NCBI RefSeq assembly: GCF_006345805.1
Contig: NW_021834301.1
Coordinates: forward strand, 1-57,990
Source of the DNA: Octopus sinensis
Lineage: Eukaryota
Length of the DNA stretch: 57,990 bases
Direction: 5' to 3'
Numbering within the stretch: the stretch's first letter is position 1; every line of letters begins with the position of its first letter. Below the pieces are notes generated by a model. The model was not told the origin of the DNA and searched no databases. It saw nothing but the letters and a program-made list of their open reading frames with translations. Made by a program: the position numbers and the translations under genes. Of this stretch, positions 13,100-26,287 are shown piece after piece.

Positions 13100-13600
13100 T
13101 TGTTACCCTGCTTGTTCCCCCAAACCTATTTGCATGATTATATGGATGTATGTTCTTTTTCCTCCCTTTTCACCTCACACTCTCACCCACTGTCACCCCA
13201 CACTCCACCCTTGCCTCCCATACAATGCAATCAAGCATCACCTACCCATCACTCCACTTCTACCCCTATACTTTCACCATTTACAAACCCCACATCCCAC
13301 ACTAAAACAGCCTCAGACACTCCTCCCCCTTATCCCCATCTCAATACACAGATATATTCCTGCACTTGCACACACACACCCACCTCCTTCACCCCACGCC
13401 TTAGAACCACCGTAACGTCTACCCCCCCCCCCCCCCAATCGCCGCCTTTTTTCCCTCAAACCATTTTTCCTTTTGAGTCTATTTTACTTTTCTTCTGTAC
13501 GCCTGCCTCTGATGAAGGACAAATGTCCGAAACAGCAAAGCTATTCCTCTTCCTTTAAGTGTTAAACTATTGCATTTGATGCAACTTGCTCCTTTTTTTT
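13100..13600 (+). mobile_element. C-rich Penelope-type 3' region with hammerhead core at 13509-13533
   Basis: ctgatga-a-ggac-aaat-gtcc-gaaac after a pyrimidine-rich tract. Confidence 0.45.
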
Positions 13601-13624
13601 GTATGCATAGCTTTCATAATATGC

Positions 13625-13690
13625 ACATGTATGTATGTATGTATGTATGCATGTATGTATGTATGTATGTATGTATGTATGTATGTATGC

Positions 13691-13723
<33 letters not shown>

Positions 13724-13750
13724 TGTATGTATGTATGTATGTATGTATGC

Positions 13751-13783
<33 letters not shown>

Positions 13784-13980
13784 TGTATGTATGTATGTAT
13801 GTATGTATGTATGTATGCATTGTGTATGTATGTATGATGTATGTATGTATGTATGTATGTATGTATGTATGTATATGCATGTATGTATTATTGTATTGTA
13901 TGTATGTATGTATGTATGTATGCATGCATGTATGTATGTATGTATTGTATGTATGTATGTATGTATGTATGTATTGTATG

Positions 13981-14012
<32 letters not shown>

Positions 14013-14117
14013 CATGCATGCATGCATGCATGCATGTATGTATGTATGTATGTATGTATGTATGCATGCATGTATGTATGTATGTATGTATGTATGTATG
14101 TATGTATGTATGTATGC

Positions 14118-14150
<33 letters not shown>

Positions 14151-14648
14151 TGTATGTATGTATGTATGTATGCATGCATGTATGTATGTATGTATTGTAT
14201 GTATGTATGTATGTATGTATGCATGCATGTATGTATTGTATGTATGTATGTATGTATGTATGCATGTATGTATGTATTGTATGTATGTATGTATGTATGC
14301 ATGCATGTATGTATGTATGTATTGTATGTATGTATGTATGTATGTATGTATGTATGTATGTATGTATGCATGCATGTATGTATGTATGTATTGTATGTAT
14401 GTATGTATGTATGTATCTATGTATGTATTGTATTGTATGTATGTATGTATGTATGTATGTATGTATGCATGCATGCATGCATGTATGTATGTATGTATCT
14501 ATGTATGTATGTATGTATGTATGCATGCATGCATGCATGTATGTATGTATGTATGTATGTATGTATGTATGTATGTATGTATTGTATTGTATGTATGTAT
14601 GTATGTATGTATGTATGTATGTATGCATGCATGTATGTATGTATGTAT
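13625..14648. repeat. ~1-kb (TATG)n array
   Basis: Direct reading. Confidence 0.97.
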
Positions 14649-14649
14649 C

Positions 14650-15820
14650 TGCGAGATGGTATCAAAAAGTTGCAGGACCAGTAAATTTTAATTCAAAAAT
14701 AGCTTATTTAACTACGTTTTAACACTATCTCCTTCGAAAGACTCACTTTGCGTTGCAACACACCAGTTCCGGCGCTTCCAATTAGGGATTCCGACCTGGA
14801 AGTTATTTTTCCGTAAGTGAGTCGAGAACCTTCCGCAATTCGTTCTTTATCTCGAAAGCGGTGTGAAAACGGCGATCTTTGAGCTGCCTTTTCATCTTGG
14901 AGAGGAGGTAGAAGTCCGCAGGGGCTAAATAGATGGATGCGGAAGCGTTACCACATATCCGGTCGTTTTCGCCGAATGTCCTCCCTTAAACGCTTCAAAA
15001 CGTCGCAGCAGAAGTCTCAATCGACAGTCTAGTCCTGAGGGACGAATTCTCGATGCACAATACCACGGATATCAAAAGAAAAAAAAAACATTGAGCATAT
15101 CCTTACGGTCGTGGAGATGAAGGGCTCTTCCACTGTGACGACTGCTGCTTCGTGTCGGGGTCGTACTCGTAAACCCAACTCCCGTCACCGGTGATGATCC
15201 TAGACATGAAAGATGGGTCATTAGTGGGGACGCTGACGGAGATCTTGACAGACTTCGATGTTCTTTCTGCCCAGTGGTCAGCAGATGGAAGACAATCTTG
15301 ACAGAAACACGCGACATGTTCAATTCAGACGTTAGAATTGCCAGCACGGACCCATAACGACAGGCCAACAACATCAGCAATGTCATTGATTGTCCTCCGA
15401 CGATCCTCGTGCCCAAGCAGATGAATTTCTCCACATTTCCCGTAGCAGAACTTCCAGATCGCGCATCATCTTCCAGGGATGTTCCTCCGCTTTTGAAACA
15501 CCCGTGCCACTTGAAACATTGCGTACGACCCATTGCCTCAGTGCCGTAAGCTTGTCGAAGCATCCTCAACGTCTCTATAGCAGACCTCCCAAGTTTAACG
15601 CAAAATTTCACTCTGGTTCTTTGTTCCAACTTGCTGTCCAGCATACACGGGATCAGAAAAAAACACAAATTTCACACCTTACAGAGTAAACACAGCGGTA
15701 TCTCTCGGCACAATGTCTCATGAAATGTCACTGCTAGCTGTCACTGCACACGCAACCGTGTGCTGCCATCTGTTGGTGCACCACAGAACCAGCCCGGGAA
15801 GTTTTTGATGCCACCTTGCA
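14650..15820 (-). mobile_element. Mariner-family DNA transposon, both TIRs present, degenerate transposase
   Basis: TIRs tgcgagatggtatcaaaaagtt / aagtttttgatgccaccttgca-TA; EQRTRVKFCVKLG..ETLRMLRQAYG..FKSG.TSLEDD.RSG; IITGDGSWVYEYDPDTKQQSSQWK; internal deletion. Confidence 0.9.
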
Positions 15821-16433
15821 TATGTACGTGTTTGTGTCGGTGTTTTTCCCACACCACCGCTTAACAACTGGTGTAGGGGTATTTTTCTCTCCGTAACTGA
15901 GTGCATCGGCAAAAGAGGCTTGGCCGAACACCGGTCACGTGGGGAGAGATAGAGGTTGAGGTAGAGGCAGGGACACAGTGAAGTGAAAAGAGGAAGGAAA
16001 GTGAGCATGAAGAGAATGCAAGGAAATGTGAGAGAGGGGGAACGAAAGAACGAGAGGGGGGGTGAACGAAGTAAGCGCGAAAGGGCTGATAGAAAGAAAG
16101 GAAGAAAGAAGTAAAGAATAATAGAAAGAATAGAGTCTTACAAGATTTAGATAAATATATACCTGGGGGCGATTTCTTCGACTGAAAGGCGGTGCTCCAG
16201 CATGGCCGTCGTCAAATAAGTGAAACAAGTAAATGAATATAAGAATGTATGTACGAGTCGACGTTATAAAATAGTTTTAAAAGAGAACGACGCGTTAAAG
16301 GGACGTAATTTTAATGAGATTTTCAAGGGAGGCAACTTTATATTTAAGGGGAGTAATTTTTGCAAATAAAATGTATCTTGTTTCAAAATTTGATTGATTT
16401 ATACATACATACGTACATACATACATACATACA

Positions 16434-16465
<32 letters not shown>

Positions 16466-16539
16466 CATACATACGTATATACATACATACATACATACAT
16501 ACATACGTACATACATACATACATAAATACATACATACA

Positions 16540-16575
<36 letters not shown>

Positions 16576-16580
16576 TATGG

Positions 16581-16622
<42 letters not shown>

Positions 16623-16624
<2 letters not shown>

Positions 16625-17152
16625 GACTCGCGGTTGGAGGATCGCGGTTTCGATTCCCAGATCGGGCGTTGTGAGTGTTTATTGAGCGAAAACACCTAAA
16701 AGCTCCACGATGCTCCGGTAGGATGTAGTGGTGATCCCTGCAGTACTCTTTCACCACAACTTTCTCTCACTCTTTCTTCTGTTGGCCTGCTCACTTGGTC
16801 AGCGGGTTGGCGTCATTGAGGCTAAAACAATGCGAAGCGCATTGTGACCAGCGACGTGTAGCAACATCTGATGGCCTGGTCGGTCACGTGATCGTGATAT
16901 ATATATATATATATATACATAAATGCATCCGTGAATATATACATTCACACACATGTATTCATAAAGCAAAACATACAAATCTGCACACATACATACATAC
17001 ATACATACATACATACATACATGCATACATACATACATACATACATACATACATACATGCATACATACATACATACATACATACATACATACATACATAC
17101 ATACATACATACATACATGCATACATACATAATACATACATACATACATACA

Positions 17153-17188
<36 letters not shown>

Positions 17189-17845
17189 TGGTATATATAT
17201 ATATATATATTATATATATATATATATATAATATATCGGACTCGCGGTTGGAGGATCGCGGTTTCGATTCCCAGATCGGGCGTTGTGAGTGTTTATTGAG
17301 CGAAAACACCTAAAAGCTCCACGATGCTCCGGTAGGATGTAGTGGTGATCCCTGCAGTACTCTTTCACCACAACTTTCTCTCACTCTTTCTTCTGTTGGC
17401 CTGCTCACTTGGTCAGCGGGTTGGCGTCATTGAGGCTAAAACAATGCGAAGCGCATTGTGACCAGCGACGTGTAGCAACATCTGATGGCCTGGTCGTCAC
17501 GTGATCGTGATATATATATATATATATATACATAAATGCATCCGTGAATATATACATTCACCACATGTATTCATAAGCAAAACATACAAATCTGCACACA
17601 TACATACATACATACATACATACATACATACATGCATACATACATACATACATACATACATACATACATGCATACATACATACATACATACATACATACA
17701 TACATACATACATACATACATGCATACATACATACATACATACATACATACATACATACATACATACATACATGCATACATACATACATACATACATACA
17801 TACATACATACATACATACATACATGCATACATACAAAAGTACCC
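16623..17845 (+). repeat. Tandem duplication (~614-bp unit) of a SINE family C copy plus (TA)n/(TACA)n
   Basis: Units start cggactcgcggttggagg at 16623 and 17237 and are nearly identical outside the microsatellites. Confidence 0.9.
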
Positions 17846-17944
17846 TGTTCATGATGTTGGAATTCCCATGAAGGAGCCTTGAATCTAAGTTAGAATCTGA
17901 CTCTTTGTCTATTAGCAAGAAATCTTGAAATAAAACTAAACAAT

Positions 17945-18002
<58 letters not shown>

Positions 18003-18139
18003 CGCAGACACACACACACACACACACACCACACACACACAAACACACCTACACACACACACAAACATACACACACACGCACGCACGCACACACACATTA
18101 ATTCATTCATTCATTTAGCAAAGTTACGAGCCTGGAATT

Positions 18140-18700
18140 GTTAAAATTTTCCCTCCACCCTCCACTCCAACCTCCTCATTCGGATCCTTTCTCAACGATA
18201 TCACTACAACAAGATTCACGAGGCTGGAAATCCTTCCATTCTGAATCGAGTTGCAAAAGACAGTTTGTCAAGATTATCAGCCTTTCGTAGAACTCCACAT
18301 CGCTCATTCGATCGTCTCTCAAACCATCGCAGTAAGCAGTAAAGTCAGCTCCATCTAGGGCACGCCACCTATACCGAACATTTGAGTAAACAATAACTGA
18401 AAAGCTACGCATATTTGCTTGGAATCGAGTTGCACGGCTCTATTCCAGATACGTTAAAACCCCTTTTGTGTCTTTGCACAAGGATATTCGGGCCCATCGA
18501 ACCGCTTGCGTTCGAACATGCATTAGAGCCAGCGCCCTCGCTCTGACAACGCAAGCTTCGTGCTTCGCGTTGGAGAGCTGATCAACAACCGATCTCGTCG
18601 CTGGCACTTTGGTTTCGATATCCTTCCTAAGCATATCTTCAAGGCTCTTAAAAATCTCCCTGTTATCAGCCAGCTCGCCCTGAGTGGCGAGCTGGCTGAT
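18140..18700 (-). pseudogene. Degenerate L1/Tx1-like ORF2 linker fragment
   Basis: DQLSNAKHEACVVRARA..AVRWAR resembles the VR(S/A)R linker between APE and RT; many lesions. Confidence 0.4.
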
Positions 18701-18788
18701 TGGTTAGAGCGCTAGATCAAGTGCTTTGTAATATTCGGTTTGACAGTAAGTATCCTCAGTTCAAATCTCGTCAAAGTCACTCTCCATT

Positions 18789-18827
18789 GGCGCAGAAAGT
18801 GGCTGTGTGGTAAGTAGCCAGCTTACC
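18789..18827 (+). mobile_element. SINE family A, 5' stub (remainder at 21116-21515)
   Basis: ggcgcagaaagtggctgtgtggtaagtagccagcttacc. Confidence 0.8.
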
Positions 18828-21115
18828 AGTCTCGTCGTTAGATGTGCTTTTTGGCGGTGAGTCAAACGTCTTGTTGAACTTTGGATTAATTTTTTTTCTT
18901 GGAATTGTTGAATGTTTATCGTTGAACATTTTCGAGCTGTTGAACATTGTTGAACTTTGAAAATTTGAAAACTCTTGTGCTTTTTCCCGGTGACGGGAGA
19001 AAGAAATTGTTCGTGTAAAGCCATTTTTTCAGTTGTGAATGGTTGAAATATTGAACTTGTTAAAGCCGTTTTAGGCTTTATTGTCGTGCCCCTCCCCTAG
19101 CGGGGGTGAGATTTGAACTGTTGTCCTCGTTGTGAGGGAAAAAAATATTATAAGCTTCCCGTTTTTGGGGATAATCAATTTATTATTGTGTGGAAAATTT
19201 AATTTTAGACATTGTAGGCTCTATTGCGGCACCCGCCCCTAGCGGGGGTGAGATTTGAACTGTTGTCATCGTTGTGAGGGAAAAAAAGTTAAAAATTATG
19301 GGTTTCCCGTTTTCTGGGATTAAATTGTGTATAAATTTATTTCGAACGAATATGTCGGTCGAAATAATTTCAGAGAAAAATTCATTGGAACAGCCAGTTA
19401 AGAAATTTTCAGCAGTTACCGCGGTGGCTACTGAAAACGTCGAACGACCAAAGGAAAAGCTCTCCGAGGTCTTTGAAAAAATGAAAGAAGAACGGGGTTA
19501 TATAAAAATATTACCCTCAACTAGTGTTGAAAAATTGAAAAGAAGGAAAGTTGTTTTCAAAACATATTGTCCTTCAACAAAGAAATTTAAGCACTTTGAG
19601 CAGTACAAAATTGAAAAATTTCTGGCTCCCATATGGGAAGACATAAAGTATATAGCGAGGGGCCGTACTTATGGCACAGCAGAGGCCAGATTTGAAACAG
19701 TAAAAGCCCAAGAGCACTCAGTGAGTCCCTTGAAAACGAAGGAGTCGGTACTTCTGCCAACCTACATGGGGAAACGAACTGCTCGAGTAAGAGTGACAGA
19801 AGTGCCGCCTGAAGCTGATGTAAGGGAGGTGATGGCGGCCCTGTTGCATAACAGGAGGGACAAAATCGCCTTCCTTCAGATCACACGCTCTGCCCCACAA
19901 AACTGGCTCGAGCAGAGCATTTCTGCCATTATTTAGGGTACTCAGGAAGATATCAAAATGCTTCCAGAGAGGGTGAGGATATCACACTCAGAATACAAGT
20001 AGAGGGAAAAAAGCCAACGTGTTATGAATGTGGCAAAAAAGGCTACATCCGTAAAGACTGTGAACAATGGAAAAGAAAAGTGACGCAGGCAGCAGGCCCC
20101 TCAATTGCAAAAAAGACCTTAAACCCACATACGCATTAGCCTCCACAGAAACAAAAATTCCCACTTCTCCAACTGTGGTGCCTGCCCCCAAACACGACAC
20201 CCAAACACCCCAGACCATGCTTACACCAGTCCCGATAACGTCAAGAACACCACCACCCCCTATAAAGTGGCACCAGAACATGTAACTCCTCCGGACGACA
20301 CCATGGAAGTGGTTGAGGGGGTGTTCACAGCAGTTCGGAAACGAACACATACACCTTCCCCATCCACATCCCCCACAAAAGAAAACGAAAAAGGAAGCAC
20401 CACACCACAAAAAAGGGAAAAAACGGAGGATGACGAAGAGAAAACCCGGGTAAAATATGACACCAGAGACAAATACATTGAGAACCTTGTAAAAGATCAC
20501 CAGGCTGTTTGAAGAGCACAAGGACTTAAGAAAAAGATGTGCCTGGATAGGGGAAGGGCTTTACGGGCAACTGGAGGACAGGCATCCAAAGACCATCAGG
20601 AGTATCCCGGAACTTCCAGGATATTTGAAGGAGGAGGAGGAAAGGGCTGCCTCATGTATTGTGAGGTCAGCCCCAACATCACCAGTGAAGGATAAGTAGA
20701 ACCCTTGTATTTTTTTCTTGTTTTGGCTGCACTTAATCTTGGGTGTTTGAATGTGCGTGGTCTGAGCTCGAAGTGGAAGCAAGTTTGTTTCCTCGACGAC
20801 CTCAGATCACACGATATGCATGTGATGGTTGCTACAGAGACCAACCTGGACAGTCTACAAGCCTTCTCGCCCCTCCTGTAGGACTATGAGAAAAACATGT
20901 CTCCTAGCCAGGCCAGAGGGAGAGGGGGTGTAGCAGTACTGGTCCGGAAAGGATTGGCTCTGCGGACAAGTACAGTCTATGTAGACCCTGGAGGTGGGCT
21001 GGTCGTCCTTGATGTGACATACAGTAGTAAGGCCTTCAGGTTGATCGGAATCTATGATTGTCTGTCCTTGTTCGTCCCCTCTTTGTAATGCCTTCATGGC
21101 AAATTTTATGAAATA
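18828..21115 (+). mobile_element. L1/Tx1-like LINE, internally deleted (5'UTR, ORF1, APE N-terminus, 3' tail)
   Basis: ORF1 from ~19351 with knuckle CYECGKKGYIRKDC (~20009-20050) and a Pro/Thr-rich tail; APE LGCLNVRGL..VATET..GGVAVLVRK..FRLIGIY (~20730-21055); flanking 16-bp duplication. Confidence 0.85.
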
Positions 21116-21256
21116 AAGTAGCTTGCTTACCAGCCACATGGTCATGGGTTCAGTCCCACTGCGTGGCACCTTGGGCAAGTGTCTTCTACTATAGTCTCGG
21201 GCCGACCAAAGACTTGTGAGTGGATTTGGTAGACGGAAACTGGAAGAAGCCCGTCG

Positions 21257-21316
<60 letters not shown>

Positions 21317-21515
21317 TGTTTGTCCCCCCCAACATCGCTTGACAACCGATGGTGGTGTATTTACGTCCCCGTAACTTAGCGGTTCGCCAAAAGAGCCAGA
21401 TAGAATAAGAACTAGGTTTATAAAGAATAAGTCCTGGGATCGATTTGTTCGACTAAAGGCGGTGCTCCAGCATGGCCACAGTCAAATGACTGAAACAAGT
21501 AAAAGAATAAAAGAA
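21116..21515 (+). mobile_element. SINE family A, remainder after LINE insertion
   Basis: aagtagcttgcttaccagccacatgg...gggttcagtccc...tgactgaaacaagtaaaagaataaaag. Confidence 0.9.
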
Positions 21516-23399
21516 TATTCTATAATTCTCGATCAGGATTTACTTACTAAATTGACACGAATCCAATAACTTTTGGGGGGGGGGGGTAATTACTACTGAT
21601 TATTGTCGATTGCCCCCACAACACCCCCAACAACACCCGCCGCCTTCCACTAATCAAATTCTTTAATCCGGTCTCTCTAAACTTGGCAAGATGGGAGAGA
21701 CGCGTTCAGCCTCCGGTGACTGGCATCTCTGTCATTGCAGCCTCTCAGAATCGTCTGTAAGTCAATAAACGGGGAGAACATAAGTTGTCCACAATTCAAA
21801 GTCGGCAGCTATACAAACGACACAAATTCCTGGTCTATACAACCGGCGAATTTGAGTTGTGAAAAAAACTCTGCTACTCCTATCTACGGAATTCTCTATC
21901 AAGGAAATATCTGAATAACCTGATGTTATTTGTTCATGTCCCCGTTCGCGCATTCGAGAAATCTATTCAGTACCTATCAGCCAGCTGGAAACAGTTGAGT
22001 ATGTTTGCGAGGTTTTTATACCTCACTCTCCTATCAACAAGGGTATCTTTTTTCTTCAGAAATGTAAATAAACCCAATCTGTTTCTTAAACGAATATATA
22101 ATATGTAATGTGTGTATCTGTGCAACAGAGAGGGAAATTAAAACTGCATGTGTTGTGAACTTAGAATATGTGTTTATTAATAAAAGTTTAATAACGATAA
22201 TCTTTTATTCATACGAACGTAACTGATATGAAATATATCATAAATAACAGTGACAAACTGAGTAGACACCGCAGGAAATTGTTGTTGACAAACTACAGCA
22301 GAAATTGTATTCACCTCAATAGACGTCATTGATTGGTTGAAATTGCCGAAATTCAAGAAATTTAACAAGAAATATCTTACAAACTACAGAATTTTCTCAA
22401 GAAAGCCAAGAGAACAAGATGTTTTATGTAACACATTCTACCAGTATACGAAGTTTAAAAGTGTTTACTTACAAAGAAATTATTTCAAAAATCTGCCGGT
22501 CAAAGTGAAAAGATCCAGAAGTTTCAAACAAAACCTCCAGGCGCCTCAAGAATTTTGGTTGCTCTTTCTAGTCGGAGCACAGAAAATGACTAGTCTAAAG
22601 GCACCGGCTTCGCTACTGTTCAAGTCTGGGACCATCAACTCACGGTCTGAGTCCAGGAAGATCGGACCTATCTTGAGACCCATGTCTTTCCAACACAGCA
22701 TCGTCACCCTGTCAGTATTATTTATTTGTCAACTGATGAAATATTTGTAAAGGCAGGATTTGAACTCAGAACGTAAAAACGTGGAAGAAATATTACGAGG
22801 CATTTTGTGCAGGGCTTCCGTCACTAATGCCTGTGTGTGTGTGTGTGCGTGCGTGTGAGTATGCATGTGTGTTTGTGTTTGTCCCTCTCACCGTTTGATA
22901 GCTAGGGTTGGTTTGTTTACGTCCCCGTGAATAAACGATTTGGCTAAACAGACCGATAGAATAAAGGGCCAAACTTCGAAAGAATAACTAATGGGATCGA
23001 ACTGTTCCAATGAACCCTTTAAGGCAGTGTTCCAGCATGGCCGCAGTTCAGTGACCAGAACAGAAAATAAATTAAAGATATTTACTTTTTAACCTTCTTC
23101 ATGCTGCAGTTTCATTGCTTGGAAGTGCATCCCCAGCTTCAGTATTCCGAGACCCTCCTGGGACTAATGACTGGGTGATTTAGACGGTGTCACCTGTTAC
23201 TATAGAGTACTGGCCCTTTCACAAGAATTATTAGATCTGGGTATTAACCTGATCAGTTATTTCTTGAAGTCCGGTGACCAAACACTGGTACCTAAGCCAA
23301 ATAAAGAAAAGCATTTACCACCTCTGTTCGACCTTTCAAACATGGATTCTGCATTAAACTGACCACTCTGGTCATCTCCCCATTCTACTTCCTATCTAA

Positions 23400-23860
23400 C
23401 AAGGGTCTGTATTGAGTCAGACAACGAATATTTTAACTGGACCTTCGGTTTAGTGACAAACATCGTCATAATCTTGTCATTAAAGCTGGTTAATTTTTAC
23501 TTGTCTCGTTTAACCTCAAGTCCCAAAAGGAACTGTATCTAATCCATTTATTTGCTGTATTTCCCATCCATCCAGAGTCTGGATAGAGTCAGACTCCAAA
23601 TAATTTAAACGGACTCTCAGTTCAAAGTCAAAAATCACCATTAAACTTGTCAACGAAGGTGGTTAACTTTTATTGTCCTGATTAATCTTAATCCAAAATA
23701 GAAGCGGATTAAATCTATTTCCTTGTCCTATTCCAATTTAATTTAGAGTCTGGATGGAATCATATTCGAATAGATTAACCTGACTCCCGGTTCAGTGACA
23801 GTGTCATAGACTTCTCGTTGACGGGGGTTAATTTTAACTGATCCGGGTTAATGTTGGCTC
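23400..23860. repeat. Diverged ~171-bp tandem repeat (about 2.7 units)
   Basis: gggtctgtattgagtcagac (23403), gagtctggatagagtcagac (23575), gagtctggatggaatcatat (23746); ggttaa(t/c)ttt recurs with the same period. Confidence 0.65.
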
Positions 23861-24937
23861 AGCTAATCACACAAGCAATACTAAGTTCACAGGCTTAGAC
23901 AAAACCACAACCGTTACATTCAAAGAATGCAGCTCAGAATTATGTTGTCCAAAACAAACTTTCTAACTTCATACTTCTTTGATCTGTGGCATCAAATTTT
24001 GCAGATTTACAATCATATATTACACCCTAACAGAGAAAGAAAAAAACCTTTTTATCATAACTAACAAACAGCACATTTTTCCTTTCTTTTTTTTCCCATT
24101 ATCAACAATTTTAAGGAAGAAATATATCAATATTCATCCCTGTTAGCTTCCTGTGCATATTCTATGTACTGTTGTAGTGCACCAGAGCACTGCACACGAT
24201 AAGTTCGTTATATTCATTATAGAACAGATTGTTTCATACTATAACATTCACAGACAGGTTTCACATTCAAAACTCAAGAACTAAAACTTGCTATAAAGAT
24301 GAGCAAACTGTGGGCCACGGGGTACTATCAGAATGCTGCCCGCCTGGTCGTGAGACATGTCTTAAGCGAACCGCTTCTCGAAAAAGATCGCCTTTTAGAG
24401 ACCGAAATACTTTTCAAGGGAGGCAATTTTTAAAAAAATACTGAAGCAAGGGGAATAACTCTTAAATTCGCTTTCCAAGGGAATTAATTATTGCAATTAA
24501 TTATTATTACCCGTTCCAGTATACTTCGAAAGAAACACAGGTTCGAATCTGCCCGAAGCATATTTCAGCCGATGATAGCTTTGTGTTTATAGTCACATCA
24601 CTGCTTAGCGCTGCCACCCGATAATTTGTTTCCAGTGATCCCCCGATTAACGCTATCGGTGATTCTGCGATGACCGGAATATTATAAGAGAGACGATTTC
24701 TCTCCTCAGCTCGCGACGCAGCCGGCGCTCAGCCATGTTGCCCGCAGCACCATCATCATCGCAATCGTCTCAGCTGCCGTAAGCAGCGCCAGAGCCACCA
24801 CCACCACCACCACCACCACCACCACCACCACTGCACCGTCGTTGCTCTCGTGAACTCCTGGCTGATAAATAATTCTTTCAAATTTTGACCCCAAATCAGA
24901 CCATCCTGCTGTTAGCACAAGGCCCTAAATATATTGG

Positions 24938-25544
24938 AGGGAGAGAAGGAGGGGAATTAAGGAGGAGGAGGAGGAGGAGGAGGAGGAGGAGGAGGAGGGG
25001 GAGAAGGAGGGGAGGGGGAGAAGGAGGAGGAGGAAGAGGAAGAAGAAGAGGAGGAGGAGAAGGAAGAAGAAGAGGAAAGAGGAGGAGGAGGAGGAGAAGG
25101 AAGAAGAGGAAAGAGGAGGAGGAGGAAGAGCAAGAAGAAGAAGAAGAGGAGAAGGAGGAGGAGGAGGAAGAAGAAGAAGAAGGGGAGGTGGAGGAGGAGG
25201 AGGTGGAGGAGGAAGAAAAGAAGAAGGGGAGGGGGAGGAGGAAGAAGAAGAAGAAGAAGAAGAAGAAGAGGAGAAGGAGGATGAAGAAGAAGAAGAAGAA
25301 GAAGAGGAGAAGGAGGATGAAGAAGAAGAAGAAGAAGAAGAGGAGAAGGAGGATGAAGAAGAAGAAGAAGAAGAGGAGAAGGAGGATGAAGAAGAAGAAG
25401 AAGAGGAGAAGGAGGAGGAGGAAGAAGAAGAAGAAGAAGAAGAAGAAGTGGAAGAAGAGGAAGAAGAAGTGGAGGAAGAGGAAGAAGAAGTGGAGGAAGA
25501 GGAGGAAGAAGTGGAGGAAGAGGAGGAAGAGGAGGAGGAGGAAG

Positions 25545-25575
<31 letters not shown>

Positions 25576-25609
25576 GGAAGAAGAGGAGGAAGAGGAGGAA
25601 GAGGAGGAA

Positions 25610-25641
<32 letters not shown>

Positions 25642-25818
25642 GGAGGAAGAAGAAGAAGAAGAAGAAGAAGAAGAAGAAGAAAGAAGAAGAGAAGAAGAAG
25701 TGGAAGAAGAGGAAGAAGAGGAAGAAGAAGTGGAGGAAGAAGAAGAAGAAGAAGTGGAAGAAGAGGAAGAAGAAGTGGAGGAAGAAGAGGAAGAGGAGGA
25801 AGAGGACGACGACGACGA
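24938..25818. repeat. ~880-bp (GAA/GAG)n polypurine tract
   Basis: Direct reading; almost exclusively G and A. Confidence 0.97.
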
Positions 25819-26199
25819 CCTCATCGGCCCCATGGCTCAACTGCGATAACTATATTATCAACCCTGAAAGAGTGAAAGACAAGTTGAACCCCGGCAAAAT
25901 CTAAAATCAGAAAGAAAAAAAAATAAACAAGGAAAAAAAATAACGCTAAACATTGTGTCCGGCGCGCAACCGATTCGTCGCCTTAATAAAAAAAGTAATA
26001 ATCCTTTTTATTATCGACAGAAGGCCCGAAATTCTTGGGGACGGGTTTAGTCGATTATATCGATCCAAGTACTTGACTGGTACTTTATTTTAAGGAACTG
26101 AAAGGATGAAAGCTAAAACTGATCTCCGCGAAAATTGAACTCAAGATGTAAAGAAGAAATGACGCTAAGCACTTTGTCCAGCGTGCCAACGAGTCAGCC

Positions 26200-26287
<88 letters not shown>

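Noticed and set aside
9894-14722. Long ORFs of up to 373 aa (YIHT/MYVC repeats)
   Set aside because: Translations of (TACA)n/(TATG)n microsatellites that lack stop codons.
24885-25904. 339-aa Lys/Arg/Glu-rich ORF
   Set aside because: Product of the GAA/GAG tract; no domain or supported splice context.
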